Assembly (NCBI GenBank): GCA_037834085.1
Contig: JBBMKC010203934.1
Location: 1 to 35,614 of the forward strand
Length of the DNA stretch: 35,614 nucleotides
Reading direction: 5' to 3'
Source of the DNA: Bipalium vagum
Taxonomy: Eukaryota
The position numbers and the translations under genes were made by a program. The notes beneath the pieces are model-generated. The model was given only the letters and a program-made list of their open reading frames with translations, was not told the origin of the DNA and did not search any database. Below, piece after piece: positions 26,901 to 35,614 of this stretch (positions are counted from its first letter, which is position 1; each line of letters starts with the position of its first letter).

Positions 26901-28903
26901 CAAAAAATATTTTTAAAAAAACTATAAAATATTATCATATAATAAATTTGATTGCTTTCCGTTGATAATATTCATCTGAAATTGTGAACTAATTCCGTAC
27001 CTTTAGAAAGAAAATAAATAAAATAATAAGTCAACTTTCTTACAGAGAAAATATCCGTACTAACCTTCATTGATTCTTTGATTGTTTTTAATTCGTCTGC
27101 CTGTAATTGTCTCAATGTTTCAAAGCGCCTCTCGTTTTCTGACTTGATTTCTTGCTGATAAGAAATGCGTGCTTCTTGTTCACTTTTGAGTATCTAAATT
27201 AATTATTTTTAAATATCTAATTATTTATTATTACACATTATTTTTATATTTGTTATTTATTATTTAATAATTTTCTACATAATGATAAGATGAAAATTGT
27301 TGATATTAATTAGCAAATAAAAATAATAAAATATCAAAGCCTGTCTTAATTCATGAAGTGAAATATTCCTAATTTATCAATAAATATTATAATATAAATA
27401 AAATATATAAAAACACAAAATAATAAAACAAAAAATATTATAGATTTTTGAAATATATGAATTATAAATATAGAGCATTTTATTATTATACGTATAATTT
27501 GTTTCTAAAAAAATAGCGTAAACTTTGAACGGTAAAAATTTTAAAACAATAAATAATCTATAAAATAATTTGATTTTCTATGATAAATAAAAAAGGATAT
27601 AAAACAGTTGATACATAAACTATATTTGATGAAACCGTTATTGCTAAATAGTGATTCTAAGCTCTTTACTGGATATTCTAGACCAACTAGTTTTGAAATT
27701 TCAAATATCATATTGTTTCTTAATACGTGGGTTAGATTTTCTTTTACTCAAGACCCAAAAATTTTCGAACGGACACGAAAATTTTCGAAGCTTCAGGTAA
27801 GTTAAGATTATTTTCTTTCTTTGGGTTTATGTTTGATGTTATTTCTTATACATGATCAAGATTCATTTTTAGAAAATAATTGTGGGAACCACTGAAAAGA
27901 TTGCTGAATACACTAATCCTAATCATCACAAGCAATTATCCGCTTGCGATCTCTAAACCGGGCCTATTTCCAAAAAATGTCCTACTGTCTGTTTGGTGGA
28001 ATTGAATAGGAGTCATTTATTAAGAACTCTTGAAAAATGACGAAACTATTGACTCTGAACGTAACAAAAACAAAATGGTTTGCATTGAGCTCTTCAAAAA
28101 AAATAATTTAAAATAATAAATAATTTAAGAATTAATAATTTTTTAATAAATTAACGAAAAAAAATTTATTTGAAAAAAATATTCAATTATTTCCAATTTT
28201 GTAAGTTTTGATTAAAGTAAATAGATATGTTAAAATTAATCAATTATTATAAATCAATATTTTAAAAAATTCGATATTTAATATTTTTCACAATCATTGA
28301 ATAAAATACCATTTCCAATTCTGTCTGATGCTTTAATTGTTCATCTCGAAGTCTTAAGTCTTTTTCCAATACTTTAGCATTGACCTGTTCAGCTATTTCA
28401 CCAATTTTGGTCTGTAATACCATTCTAAACATTGTCAATTAGTTCTACTAAATACTAATCATTATTGAAACTTTTCTGCTTCTATTTTGTGATCCTTTTC
28501 TCTTTGAGAGTATTGAATTTCGCGGATTGATTCTTCTCTCAATCTCGATTGCTCGTTCATGGCCAAAGCAATTTCAGAAAACCTATTGTATCAATATTTC
28601 AATAGTTACAATTAATTTTAGTCAATTTTTAATATGTGGACCTAATATAATGTTATACGAAAACAATAGGGAAAGTAAAAACAATTATCATAACTAAGAC
28701 TGCCATATCGTTCGACTATCTATAAAAACAATATACTTCTCAACTAAACATTTATTTTAACTATCAAATTAAGTCTACGGTTAAAGATAAAATGATAAAC
28801 AAAACAAAGCTTACCATAATTAATTCATCAATTCTAAAATCCCAATTTATATATCAAAAGAAAAAAACAAAAAATTAGTAACAGTCATTATTTTAATATT
28901 GAA

Positions 28904-28974
<71 letters not shown>

Positions 28975-31900
28975 TAATAAAAATAATAATAAGTAGTTAA
29001 AAATTAATTAATTAAATAATATCCTAATTGAACTTAATATGACAAAAGTAAAGAACAGTGAATTTTGGTTAATTCCTTTTTCAATTTTCAAAGGGTAGAA
29101 AAATATTTAGAAGTAAAGAATTAAAAATGATTTGTTTTAATACATCAAAAAATAAAATTTGACTGTTCACTCTAAAAATAAAAAAAACAAAGAATGATAC
29201 CATTTGCAAATAACTGATTTAATTAATATTAAGAATTTAATAAATTAATTTCCTTTCAATTAAGACTGACATTTTATCAATTACTTTTGTTTCGAGGCAA
29301 ACGGGGATTACTAAATGAAAAGTGGTGGCAAAGAAAACGATACACCAAAGATTGAAAACATTAAAACAAAAACAGTTTAACATAGGACAAATAATTAAGT
29401 AGGGGTTGCAAATAGAACATAAAATTAAAAAAATTGGTTAAAACCTTAAATATAAAAGAGGTTTTTCTATTGATTTGTAATCAACTAATATGGTGATATT
29501 TCATACGACGTTTATATTCAGCGGAAAGAGACCAAAATGATTGTCAGAAACATACTACCTTGTAGTATTAATTAAAACAGAAAAAATATTGGGCTCATGT
29601 TTTTTAACCCATTATTTTGTTTCGTGTTTTTAATTTAACCAATCTATCTAATGAGGTTTGAAATCGTATAACGAATTTATGTAATCAAATTTAGATTTTA
29701 ACCAATATATGTAATTTACCCATTACTATATAAATAATCATCAACAATGACGGGTCATATTTTTAAAACCCAGTATTGTCTTATTTGTTTTTCAAGCTCA
29801 ATGGATTAGAAAAAAATGACCCAAAAGATTGTGTTGTAGTTTCATTTAAGATTTGGAAGAACCTACGAAAACTTTAATTTAACCAACATGTCTAATCAAT
29901 ATTAAAAAGGTATTCACTCCCAATATTTTACTTCTTTTCTCGTTGTTTTATAACTGTTTTTATTAAAACAATTATTTTATACTATCATTTTAATTTTTAA
30001 TATAATTTATTTAATTAAAATATTATTTTTAATTAAAAATTTTCTAAAATTCAATACAGGGAAACGTGTTTAAATTGGACATTATTGGGACTTTTATTCT
30101 TGTTTAATTTTAGAGTATTATATGATAATTATTCGTCTAGTTAAAGTTTTATTTTATTCAAAAAACATAACATGGGTGCTGAATTTGTCAAGTTTCATTA
30201 TAATAATTAAAATTAACTTTTACCAAAATATTTTAAACTTTATTATTGTTAATACGAGAGCGGTTCAATAAGTCTGTGAAAAATAAAATAAATTTTAGCA
30301 CTAGTGTTTTTAAACTTTGTAAATAAACAATTTAGACATTGAAAATGTAAAATCCGAAATTTTAGATAAATACATAAAATTGTTTTAATTATATCACATT
30401 TCAAAGTTGTCAATAACAATTATCAATATGAAAATGAAAAATCACTAATTTCGAGTCCTCCTGAAACATTATTTTTTGAGAGGTAAAACAATCAGCGAAA
30501 CAAATTTACGGTTCATTAAATTTTATGGTAACTCCTCACTAACAATCGGGATGATCCATAAATGGTTCACCGAATTCCGTTGTGGCCGTACAAGCACAGA
30601 TGATACCGCACGGTCCAGTCTTCCAAATGAAGTGAAAACATCGGAAATTATTCAAAATATTCACGATATTGTTCTTAATGGTCGACGAATCAAAGTGAGC
30701 GAGATAGCCGAGGCTGTTGGTATATCAGTTGGATCAATATTTTCAATTTTGCATAAAGATTTGGAAATGAGAAAACAGTTGACCAAAAGCGCGAGCGTAT
30801 GCGAAGTTCGGAGCAAGGTTTGGTTTTATTCTAAGACAATCCACATGAATTTCTTCGTCGTATTATCACTGTTGATGAAACTTGGATTCACCACTATACC
30901 TCTGAATCTAAAAATCAATCAAAGCAGTAAATAAAATCAGGCGAACCAGTTCCGAAAAAGGTGAAGACTGTTGCATCTGCTGGAAAGGTCATGGCTGTCA
31001 TTTTATGGAATGCGCACGGTGTAATTCTAGTCAATTATCTTGAAAAAGGAAAAACAATCAATCGAAAATATTATAGTGGATTATTAACCCGTTTGAATGA
31101 AGAGATTAAAGTGAAACAGCCACACATGTTGAAGAAAAAGGTGTTATTCTTTCATGATAACGCACCGCTTCACAGGTCAGCAGTTGCAATGGCAAAACTG
31201 CATGAACTACACTTTCAACTGCCATCACATCCACCATATTTTCCCGATTTAGCTTCGTCTGATTATTTCCTCTTTCCAGACATAAAAAAATTGCTTGCAG
31301 GTCGAAAATTTCAAACGGATATTGAAATCATTCATGAAGTAAGCGCTTATTTTGATGGACTGGATCAATCTTATTATAAAGAAGGAATTAATAAACTTGA
31401 GAAACCTTGAATGAAGTTGGGGGATCATGTTGAAAAAATTTTTTTTTTCTCTATAAAAATTTTGATTTAATGAATAAGATTTTTTAAGATATTCAATAAA
31501 AGTCAGTAAAAACAAAATAAATTGACCGTTAATTAAAATTTTAAAAATGCAGTAAAGTGTAAAAGTCAATAAATTCAATTTAAAGTCAAAATAAAAGCTT
31601 TGTTTTAATAATATCAAATATTTTTTATATTTACAAAATAGTATTCAAACGCATAAATTTTTTCAAAAACATAGTTCTGAATTATCATTTATAATTAATA
31701 TTTTTTCATACAGGTTTATGCAGATATATATAGAAAAATATTCAAGATATATAGAAAATTATTCAAAATACAGAAAATTATTCAGAAATATATAGAAAAT
31801 CATGCTTCGAAATCAAAGACAAGTTATGAAATCATTTCGGTCGAAATCCTGGGAATGTATTGGTGATTCTGGTATTTGGTATTGGTATTTCTGCCACCAT

Positions 31901-32489
31901 AATCACATCAACTACAATTCGCAAGTACTGTATCATCATTTATTAGAACCATTATAGATTGAGACGATTGATTACTCAAGTACTCATGCATAACGATATA
32001 GATTAAAGTGATTATTTTCGCAACATATGACGGTTTATAGAAAAACCTTGGCGAGACAATAATTTATTTAGTGTACATTTCCATTATTTATCTGAATATT
32101 TTTCTATATATTTCTGTATAACCCTGTAAAGACATTTTATATTGCATTTTTTTGTTTTTTGTTTAAATCTATCAATTTCTATATATCTGTGACCGCTTTT
32201 TTAAATTAATAAAATTAAGTTTTAATACTAATAATTATATATAAGACAAGATTATTGATTAAAATAATAACAAAACATTAAGTAATAAAAATATTTTGAA
32301 CTTTATGAACTTTTACTTGGACATTATTGATTTTTCCAAATGTCGTCTTTCATTGACCTCATCATCGTGCCACGTCCGTATTTGACTTACGTATTTGTTG
32401 AGCTCCACTAACTTTTGATCGATCATAGGTCGGAATATAGCATCGTTTATGTTCTCATTCCTTGAAAGCTGTTTCTTCACCACATTAAT
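14715..32489 (-). CDS. Multi-exon coiled-coil protein gene, probably CCDC154-like (5' part not found in window)
   Basis: 12 exons with GT-AG boundaries and consistent phases: 32489-32317, 28582-28472, 28424-28310, 27193-27065, 26657-26533, 21322-21196, 17176-17036, 15852-15733, 15686-15610, 15426-15336, 15283-15197, 14939-14715. Total 1521 nt, 506 aa plus TAA, E/K/Q/L-rich heptads. The family call rests on recalled similarity of KLAESMQTIKTVLGMKIQSEQNLRIEEI and is less certain than the gene model. Confidence 0.85.
15197..15283 (-). CDS. Coiled-coil gene exon (VKTTARKLAESMQTIKTVLGMKIQSEQNL)
   Basis: aag acceptor and gtatg donor; 87 nt; phase 0/0. Confidence 0.88.
15336..15426 (-). CDS. Coiled-coil gene exon (IKAEEELRIEFESLRETIPKDIVSRNDLTK)
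   Basis: tttag acceptor and gtattt donor; 91 nt; phase 2/0; followed by a 52-nt intron. Confidence 0.88.
15610..15686 (-). CDS. Coiled-coil gene exon (LYELKELVILSKSECNVKINTEMNYR)
   Basis: ctcag acceptor and gtagg donor; 77 nt; phase 0/2. Confidence 0.85.
15733..15852 (-). CDS. Coiled-coil gene exon (SVSSLNKKLSEKIEH...KQQLKQE)
   Basis: ttttag acceptor and gtgat donor; 120 nt; phase 0/0; followed by a 46-nt intron. Confidence 0.85.
16370..16527 (+). mobile_element. Tc1-like transposase C-terminal remnant
   Basis: Translates ..TNEEALRKDV...ITPAQCELVRKMPRRVHDIIKSREFATKY*, matching the Tc1 'LV.SMPRR..AVI..KG..TKY' terminus. Confidence 0.75.
17036..17176 (-). CDS. Coiled-coil gene exon (IQNMVNDILKDYKAS...DIDEKINQ)
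   Basis: tttag acceptor and gtttt donor; 141 nt; phase 0/0. Confidence 0.82.
17504..18142 (-). mobile_element. Internally deleted Tc1-like element
   Basis: Perfect 15-bp TIRs CAGTGCGCGTAAAAA with TA on both sides. The minus strand keeps the HTH region (KYLETGSVSDRMRKGRP) joined to the C-terminus (IVNSMPNRLQLVKKSKGYPIQY*); the DDE core is deleted. Confidence 0.88.
18312..19074 (+). mobile_element. Internally deleted mariner element
   Basis: TIRs TTAGGTGTTTCAGAAAATTTT and AAAACTTTCTGAACAACCTAA with TA flanks. Remnants: YEF...RAAETARKMNKILGPGTV..TVRRWYQKFRNGD, MPHEL, RWLKCVNAYGFYF. Confidence 0.85.
19961..20873 (-). mobile_element. Decayed mariner element
   Basis: TIR-like ends (TTAGGCTGATACAAAAATAATATCGTTTTT on the minus strand at the right end; degenerate copy at about 19961-19988). 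Remnant KIIKEFGQGIVHNRVVQCWYERFLCGDETLE matches the mariner HTH region. Confidence 0.72.
21196..21322 (-). CDS. Coiled-coil gene exon (NNQEKAFKNRLAEIDEQL...QPNSEK)
   Basis: tag acceptor and gtaaat donor; 127 nt; phase 2/0. Confidence 0.85.
21942..21972 (+). mobile_element. Solo mariner terminal inverted repeat
   Basis: TA followed by TTAGGTTGGTGCAAAAATAATGTCGTTTT; same family as the TIR ending at 20873. Confidence 0.65.
23629..24807 (+). mobile_element. Near full-length decayed mariner element
   Basis: TIRs TTAGGGTTTTCAAATTAAATGTTC and GAACTTTCAATTTGAACACCCTAC with TA flanks. Remnants: EFKLGSNAT, KWFDRF, WIPHD, TVTRDDK, GLHPKKVLLSIFCD, FHHGGARSH, HQPQYS. Many stops and frameshifts. Confidence 0.88.
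25405..26200 (+). mobile_element. Decayed mariner transposase remnant
   Basis: Remnants: IIYYDF, NIDVIKRLIKINRHVTYDEIQ, ILHENL, WILHKLTTDKK, PENK*Q, CVHHEEKYFEK. Boundaries are approximate. Confidence 0.8.
25486..25550. repeat. 31-bp tandem duplication inside the mariner relic
   Basis: TCAACTTTTC(T/A)CTAGTCAAAGTCACTAATAA occurs twice in tandem. Confidence 0.85.
26533..26657 (-). CDS. Coiled-coil gene exon (YDKIKLVESVKRLDEAL...AIESRTR)
   Basis: tttcag acceptor and gtaaaa donor; 125 nt; phase 0/2. Confidence 0.88.
27065..27193 (-). CDS. Coiled-coil gene exon (ILKSEQEARISYQQEIK...IKESMK)
   Basis: tttag acceptor and gttagt donor; 129 nt; phase 0/0. Confidence 0.88.
27870..28062 (+). mobile_element. 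Mariner catalytic-domain fragment
   Basis: Translates SKPGLFPKNVLLSVWWN*IGVIY*ELLKNDETIDSE. Confidence 0.8.
28310..28424 (-). CDS. Coiled-coil gene exon (MVLQTKIGEIAEQVNAK...QTELEM)
   Basis: tttag acceptor and gtattt donor; 115 nt; phase 2/0. Confidence 0.88.
28472..28582 (-). CDS. Coiled-coil gene exon (FSEIALAMNEQSRLREE...KIEAEK)
   Basis: atag acceptor and gtttc donor; 111 nt; phase 2/2; followed by a 47-nt intron. Confidence 0.86.
28906..28992. repeat. (AAT)n microsatellite
   Basis: Direct reading. Confidence 0.95.
29168..30117. mobile_element. Putative non-autonomous CMC/EnSpm-like DNA element
   Basis: Ends CACTCTAAAAAT and AATTTTAGAGTA, both flanked by TT (possible 2-bp TSD). The interior has dispersed TTAACCCA/TTAACCAA motifs in both orientations. 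Confidence 0.45.
30255..31437 (+). mobile_element. Mariner element (D,D34D; irritans/Himar-like) with a disrupted transposase
   Basis: Left end TA + CGAGAGCGGTTCAATAAGT. Motifs: KWFTEFRCGRTSTDD, TVDETWIHHY, SAGKVMA, FFHDNAPLH, HPPYFPDLASSDYFLF. The WVPHEL linker is deleted near 30775, and frameshifts and stops split the gene into ORFs 30476-30934 and 30961-31410. Right TIR not recognisable. Confidence 0.93.
31711..32126. mobile_element. Tc1/mariner-type MITE or deletion derivative
   Basis: Imperfect TIRs of about 33 bp, CAGG(T/G)TTAT(G/A)CAGA(T/A)ATATATAGAAAAATATTCA, with TA flanks. The left end carries tandem ATAGAAAATTATTCA units. Confidence 0.8.
32317..32489 (-). CDS. Coiled-coil gene, most 5' exon found (INVVKKQLSRNEN...EKSIMSK)
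   Basis: tttaag acceptor and gtaaaa donor; 173 nt; phase 0/2, matching the next exon. Confidence 0.82.
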
Positions 32490-32849
32490 CTTAAAAATTG
32501 ATAATTTGGGAATTAAGAATGTTTTCAATTATCATCTGAGATAATCTTTGATAATAGACTTCTAAATTGAAAAACTTAATCTCTTTACTTTAACTGAAGA
32601 ACTTCGACGGTAGATTAAAAGATGTTTTTGGTAGATATATCATTTATTTTTTTGGTAAGCAACATCAGACTACATATTGACATCGTGGAGCTCGATCTTC
32701 TTCAACCGAACTGTACGGACTTGATTGACACTGCAGAGGCTTATTTTTGCATTTATCGATGAGGCGCTTATTATTTTTATTTCTAAAAACATTTTCATTT
32801 TACCTTCGTTATCACTATCATTATTGTGAGATAAATTGAAAATTAATCT

Positions 32850-32922
32850 GGTGATGTAGCTCAGTGGTCAGAGTAGTCCATGCGCATGTGAAAGATCTCG
32901 GTTTCGAATCCCGGTATCTCCG
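32850..32922 (+). pseudogene. tRNA-Ala(CGC)-derived pseudogene or SINE head
   Basis: GGTGATGTAGCTCAGTGGTCAGAG...CGCATGTG...CGGTTTCGAATCCCGGTATCTCC resembles eukaryotic tRNA-Ala, with A and B boxes. There is a T:T mismatch in the acceptor stem and the anticodon arm is disrupted. Confidence 0.75.
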
Positions 32923-34601
32923 ATTGATTTTCAGCTAACAATTATTATTACTAATCTATTAGATTATAGAATTAGAAATTGACATCTAGTTATGTTTGTT
33001 GAATTCTATGTATTTTCCATTAAATAGCTAAACCGCTTTTAGCAATAATTTCAACACTTAATTAGGTAAGGGGTTGGATCAGACTTTTTATCATCATTAT
33101 AATATTATTCTAATTATCATTGGACCTCGAATTATCATTTCCAATCCTTATCGGAAGACAAAAACGTACTATTTTATTTGATCACTTTTTGTGACATTAT
33201 TGATTTGTATTTCATTGTTATTAAATAAAGAGTTTCGAAATTAGTTTTATATCTTGTCATAAATAATAAAGCTTAGTGACTTATTTTGTTGATTATTTTT
33301 AAAGAATAGGAACTCAGCCATTATTGTAGGAGTCAGTCGTGCGATCGATTACACCACTGATGAGATTAATAATATTATTTTTGTCTCTCAGTCATAATTA
33401 TGGATTTATTTACTCAAAAAATTGGCGAGTGTTTATTTTTGTTAAAAATATACATTTTTGTAAATGAATCAAACAGCACTGTCTGTGAGCATTAACAAGG
33501 ACTGGGTGGCGCGAAAGTAAAATATCTTTATTGCAGAGTAGCTTCTCTATATAAAAGCTTATTCAAGTGGACATTTAATATTAAGAGATTCGGTTTAATT
33601 GGCCAATCCAAGGTAGGACATCGACCTTATTGTGTTAAATTTATATTTTTAAAAACTCGAATATATTTTAACTTGATGTTTATATGTTATTAGTGTAGCA
33701 CCATTGTTTCAATGGTCGCGCAATTTGAATTTGTGAAATATAACTTTCCATTATTCGCGCTTTAACTAATAAGACGTAATTATTGGTGGCTTTCTTAACT
33801 CATACCATTTTTTAAGTTTTATATCTATAAATATTTAACGCTGCTATCTTAAGCTTTCGACAAAGTTTCAGATAGGAATAATAATAATTCGAGAAAAATT
33901 TATTTATTGGAACAAAAATATATTTCTCTAATCAATTTTATACCCTTCATAGTTTTAAGAAAAAAATTCATTCGTTTTCTTTAATCAGAATAAATCAATA
34001 ATTGTGAACATTTTTAAAACGTAAATGAAAAATAAAAGAACTTTGATTTAATACTAAAAGATCATAACAAATAGAAGAAATGTAGTAAACGTTGTAAAAA
34101 ATAAATTAGAATTAATTGAAAATCAAATTAATTATAACCAATCATTGAAAAAGTATAAAATGTACAATTAAATAAAAATTTAAATAAGAATTACCAATTA
34201 TTTTTATTCAATATAGTACTTCCACTCTGGATTTCTCAAACCTCTCTTACAATAACTCACGAATAATATAGAGAATGTTGGATAATAATAAAACCCAATG
34301 TTGGATCAATAAACAAATTTTTATAGGACCAGTGCTAAACAATGGGAATTATTTCTTTGTATTATCTGTAATATATCTGGTATAAATGTCTCAAATCTTA
34401 GTTCAACAATTACAGGAATTGTAAAGGAATTTTCAAAATGAAATTTTTTGTTTGTAATTATTATTAAATTTATGATTTTTTAAGAAAAATAATTGCATCA
34501 TAATTATTATTATTATTAATATTTTCAATCTGTGAGACAATAAATTCATACTTTAGACATGTTACTTATCTTGTTCAGATTTATTTCAAATAATAAATTA
34601 A

Positions 34602-34615
34602 ATAATAACAATAAC

Positions 34616-34668
<53 letters not shown>
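34602..34668. repeat. (AAT)n/(AAC) microsatellite
   Basis: Direct reading; it produces the spurious poly-Leu ORF 34546-34773. Confidence 0.95.
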
Positions 34669-34670
<2 letters not shown>

Positions 34671-35543
34671 TAATGTTATTATTATTAATAAAATTCAAAA
34701 TCAGTAATTTATTTAAAATAAACTGAGAAAATGGCCCATTTAAATTAAGTTCACAAAACCTTTGGATTTTCACTTGTTTAGTATAATAAATAACACTAAA
34801 TAATCTTCTAAAGCTACTCTGATTTTCATGTTTTTAGTAGCCCTTCATATAGATAAAATAAATTTATAGTTTTTATGAAACAAGTTGTCAAAACCGGGCT
34901 TCAAATGAAGCCAAAATAGAATAAAAACAGAAATCTTTTGAATATTATTATTAAAATAATAAATGAAAATAATTCGTATTATATCAAAATTCTTCAGAAA
35001 AATTTTTAGATGAGTGGAATAAATTAAATTAAATATTTTAACAATTATACACAACCTACAATATTTTGTGTTACACATTTTTACACTTTAAGGATTTTGA
35101 ATAAAAATTAATTTTTCCTATTTGAAAATTAAACAAATGACGTAATATTATTTTTTGAATATTGTTTTAATTTTATTAAATTAAATTAGAATTATTTTTC
35201 AGGAATTAAAATGAGACCTTTATTATTGATTCAACCAATAATATCTTAATATACGTAACCGGTTAGTTATTTTATTTCAATGAGGAATATTTAATTATTT
35301 ATTAAGCCACAGTTTTAACAAAATTAAGAGGGAGTAAAAAAATATCGTCTATCTGTGATAAGTATTGAAAAACAAAAACATTTTTAATGGATTTTCACAT
35401 TTTCTTCGTCATGGCTTCAAATAATATTTGTTTATTAAATTTCAACTTAATAAAATGTAATATACTACTTATAACTTGTCTGTTATGTTGAAATTAATTT
35501 TATTATATATTATTTTCACAAATATATCTTCAATAAGAGTTTA

Positions 35544-35614
<71 letters not shown>
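35544..35614. repeat. (AAT)n microsatellite running to the window end
   Basis: Direct reading. Confidence 0.95.

Noticed and set aside
31727-31800. CRISPR-like repeat array
   Set aside because: No unique spacers or cas genes, eukaryotic context, and the repeats are part of a MITE end.
32589-32782. Candidate upstream exon of the coiled-coil gene
   Set aside because: The open frames end in stops before a convincing donor, and the peptides are not coiled-coil-like.
34215-34440. Possible Ulp1-like protease fragment (QIFIGPVLNNGNYFFVL)
   Set aside because: The catalytic His-Trp motif is absent and the frame contains stops.
34546-34773. Poly-leucine ORF
   Set aside because: Translation of the (AAT)n microsatellite.
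19037-35078. Many 60-120 aa F/I/K/L/N-rich ORFs in the track (e.g. 21526-21732, 23221-23442, 24836-25036, 31249-31617, 34845-35078)
   Set aside because: Expected chance ORFs in AT-rich intronic DNA or antisense to transposon relics; no domain signal.

Overview
Very AT-rich eukaryotic (metazoan) genomic DNA, not prokaryotic. The (AAT)n microsatellites, 46-52 nt mini-introns mixed with multi-kb introns and the dense decayed Tc1/mariner elements are consistent with a planarian flatworm such as Dugesia or Schmidtea (inference only). There are three host genes, all on the minus strand: (1) a single-exon secreted F-type lectin (fucolectin/FTP) domain protein at 805-1293; (2) an intronless ALG9 alpha-1,2-mannosyltransferase at 5536-7203; (3) a coiled-coil, probably CCDC154-like gene. 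I rebuilt the third by hand as 12 phase-consistent GT-AG exons from 32489 to 14715 (506 aa, 5' end not found); the ORF track largely misses it. The rest is mostly transposon debris: about six mariner relics, Tc1 relics, TIR-bounded MITEs, an RLE-type non-LTR RT fragment, a solo-LTR-like element with an inverted partial copy, a tRNA-Ala pseudogene, a hammerhead-like motif in a probable Penelope relic, and a decayed head-to-head ORF pair that may derive from a Polinton/Maverick-like element. I found no convincing novel multi-gene system. The best leads are the divergent ORF pair, the hammerhead-like motif, the inverted LTR-like pair upstream of ALG9 and the lectin with an altered fucose-binding motif.
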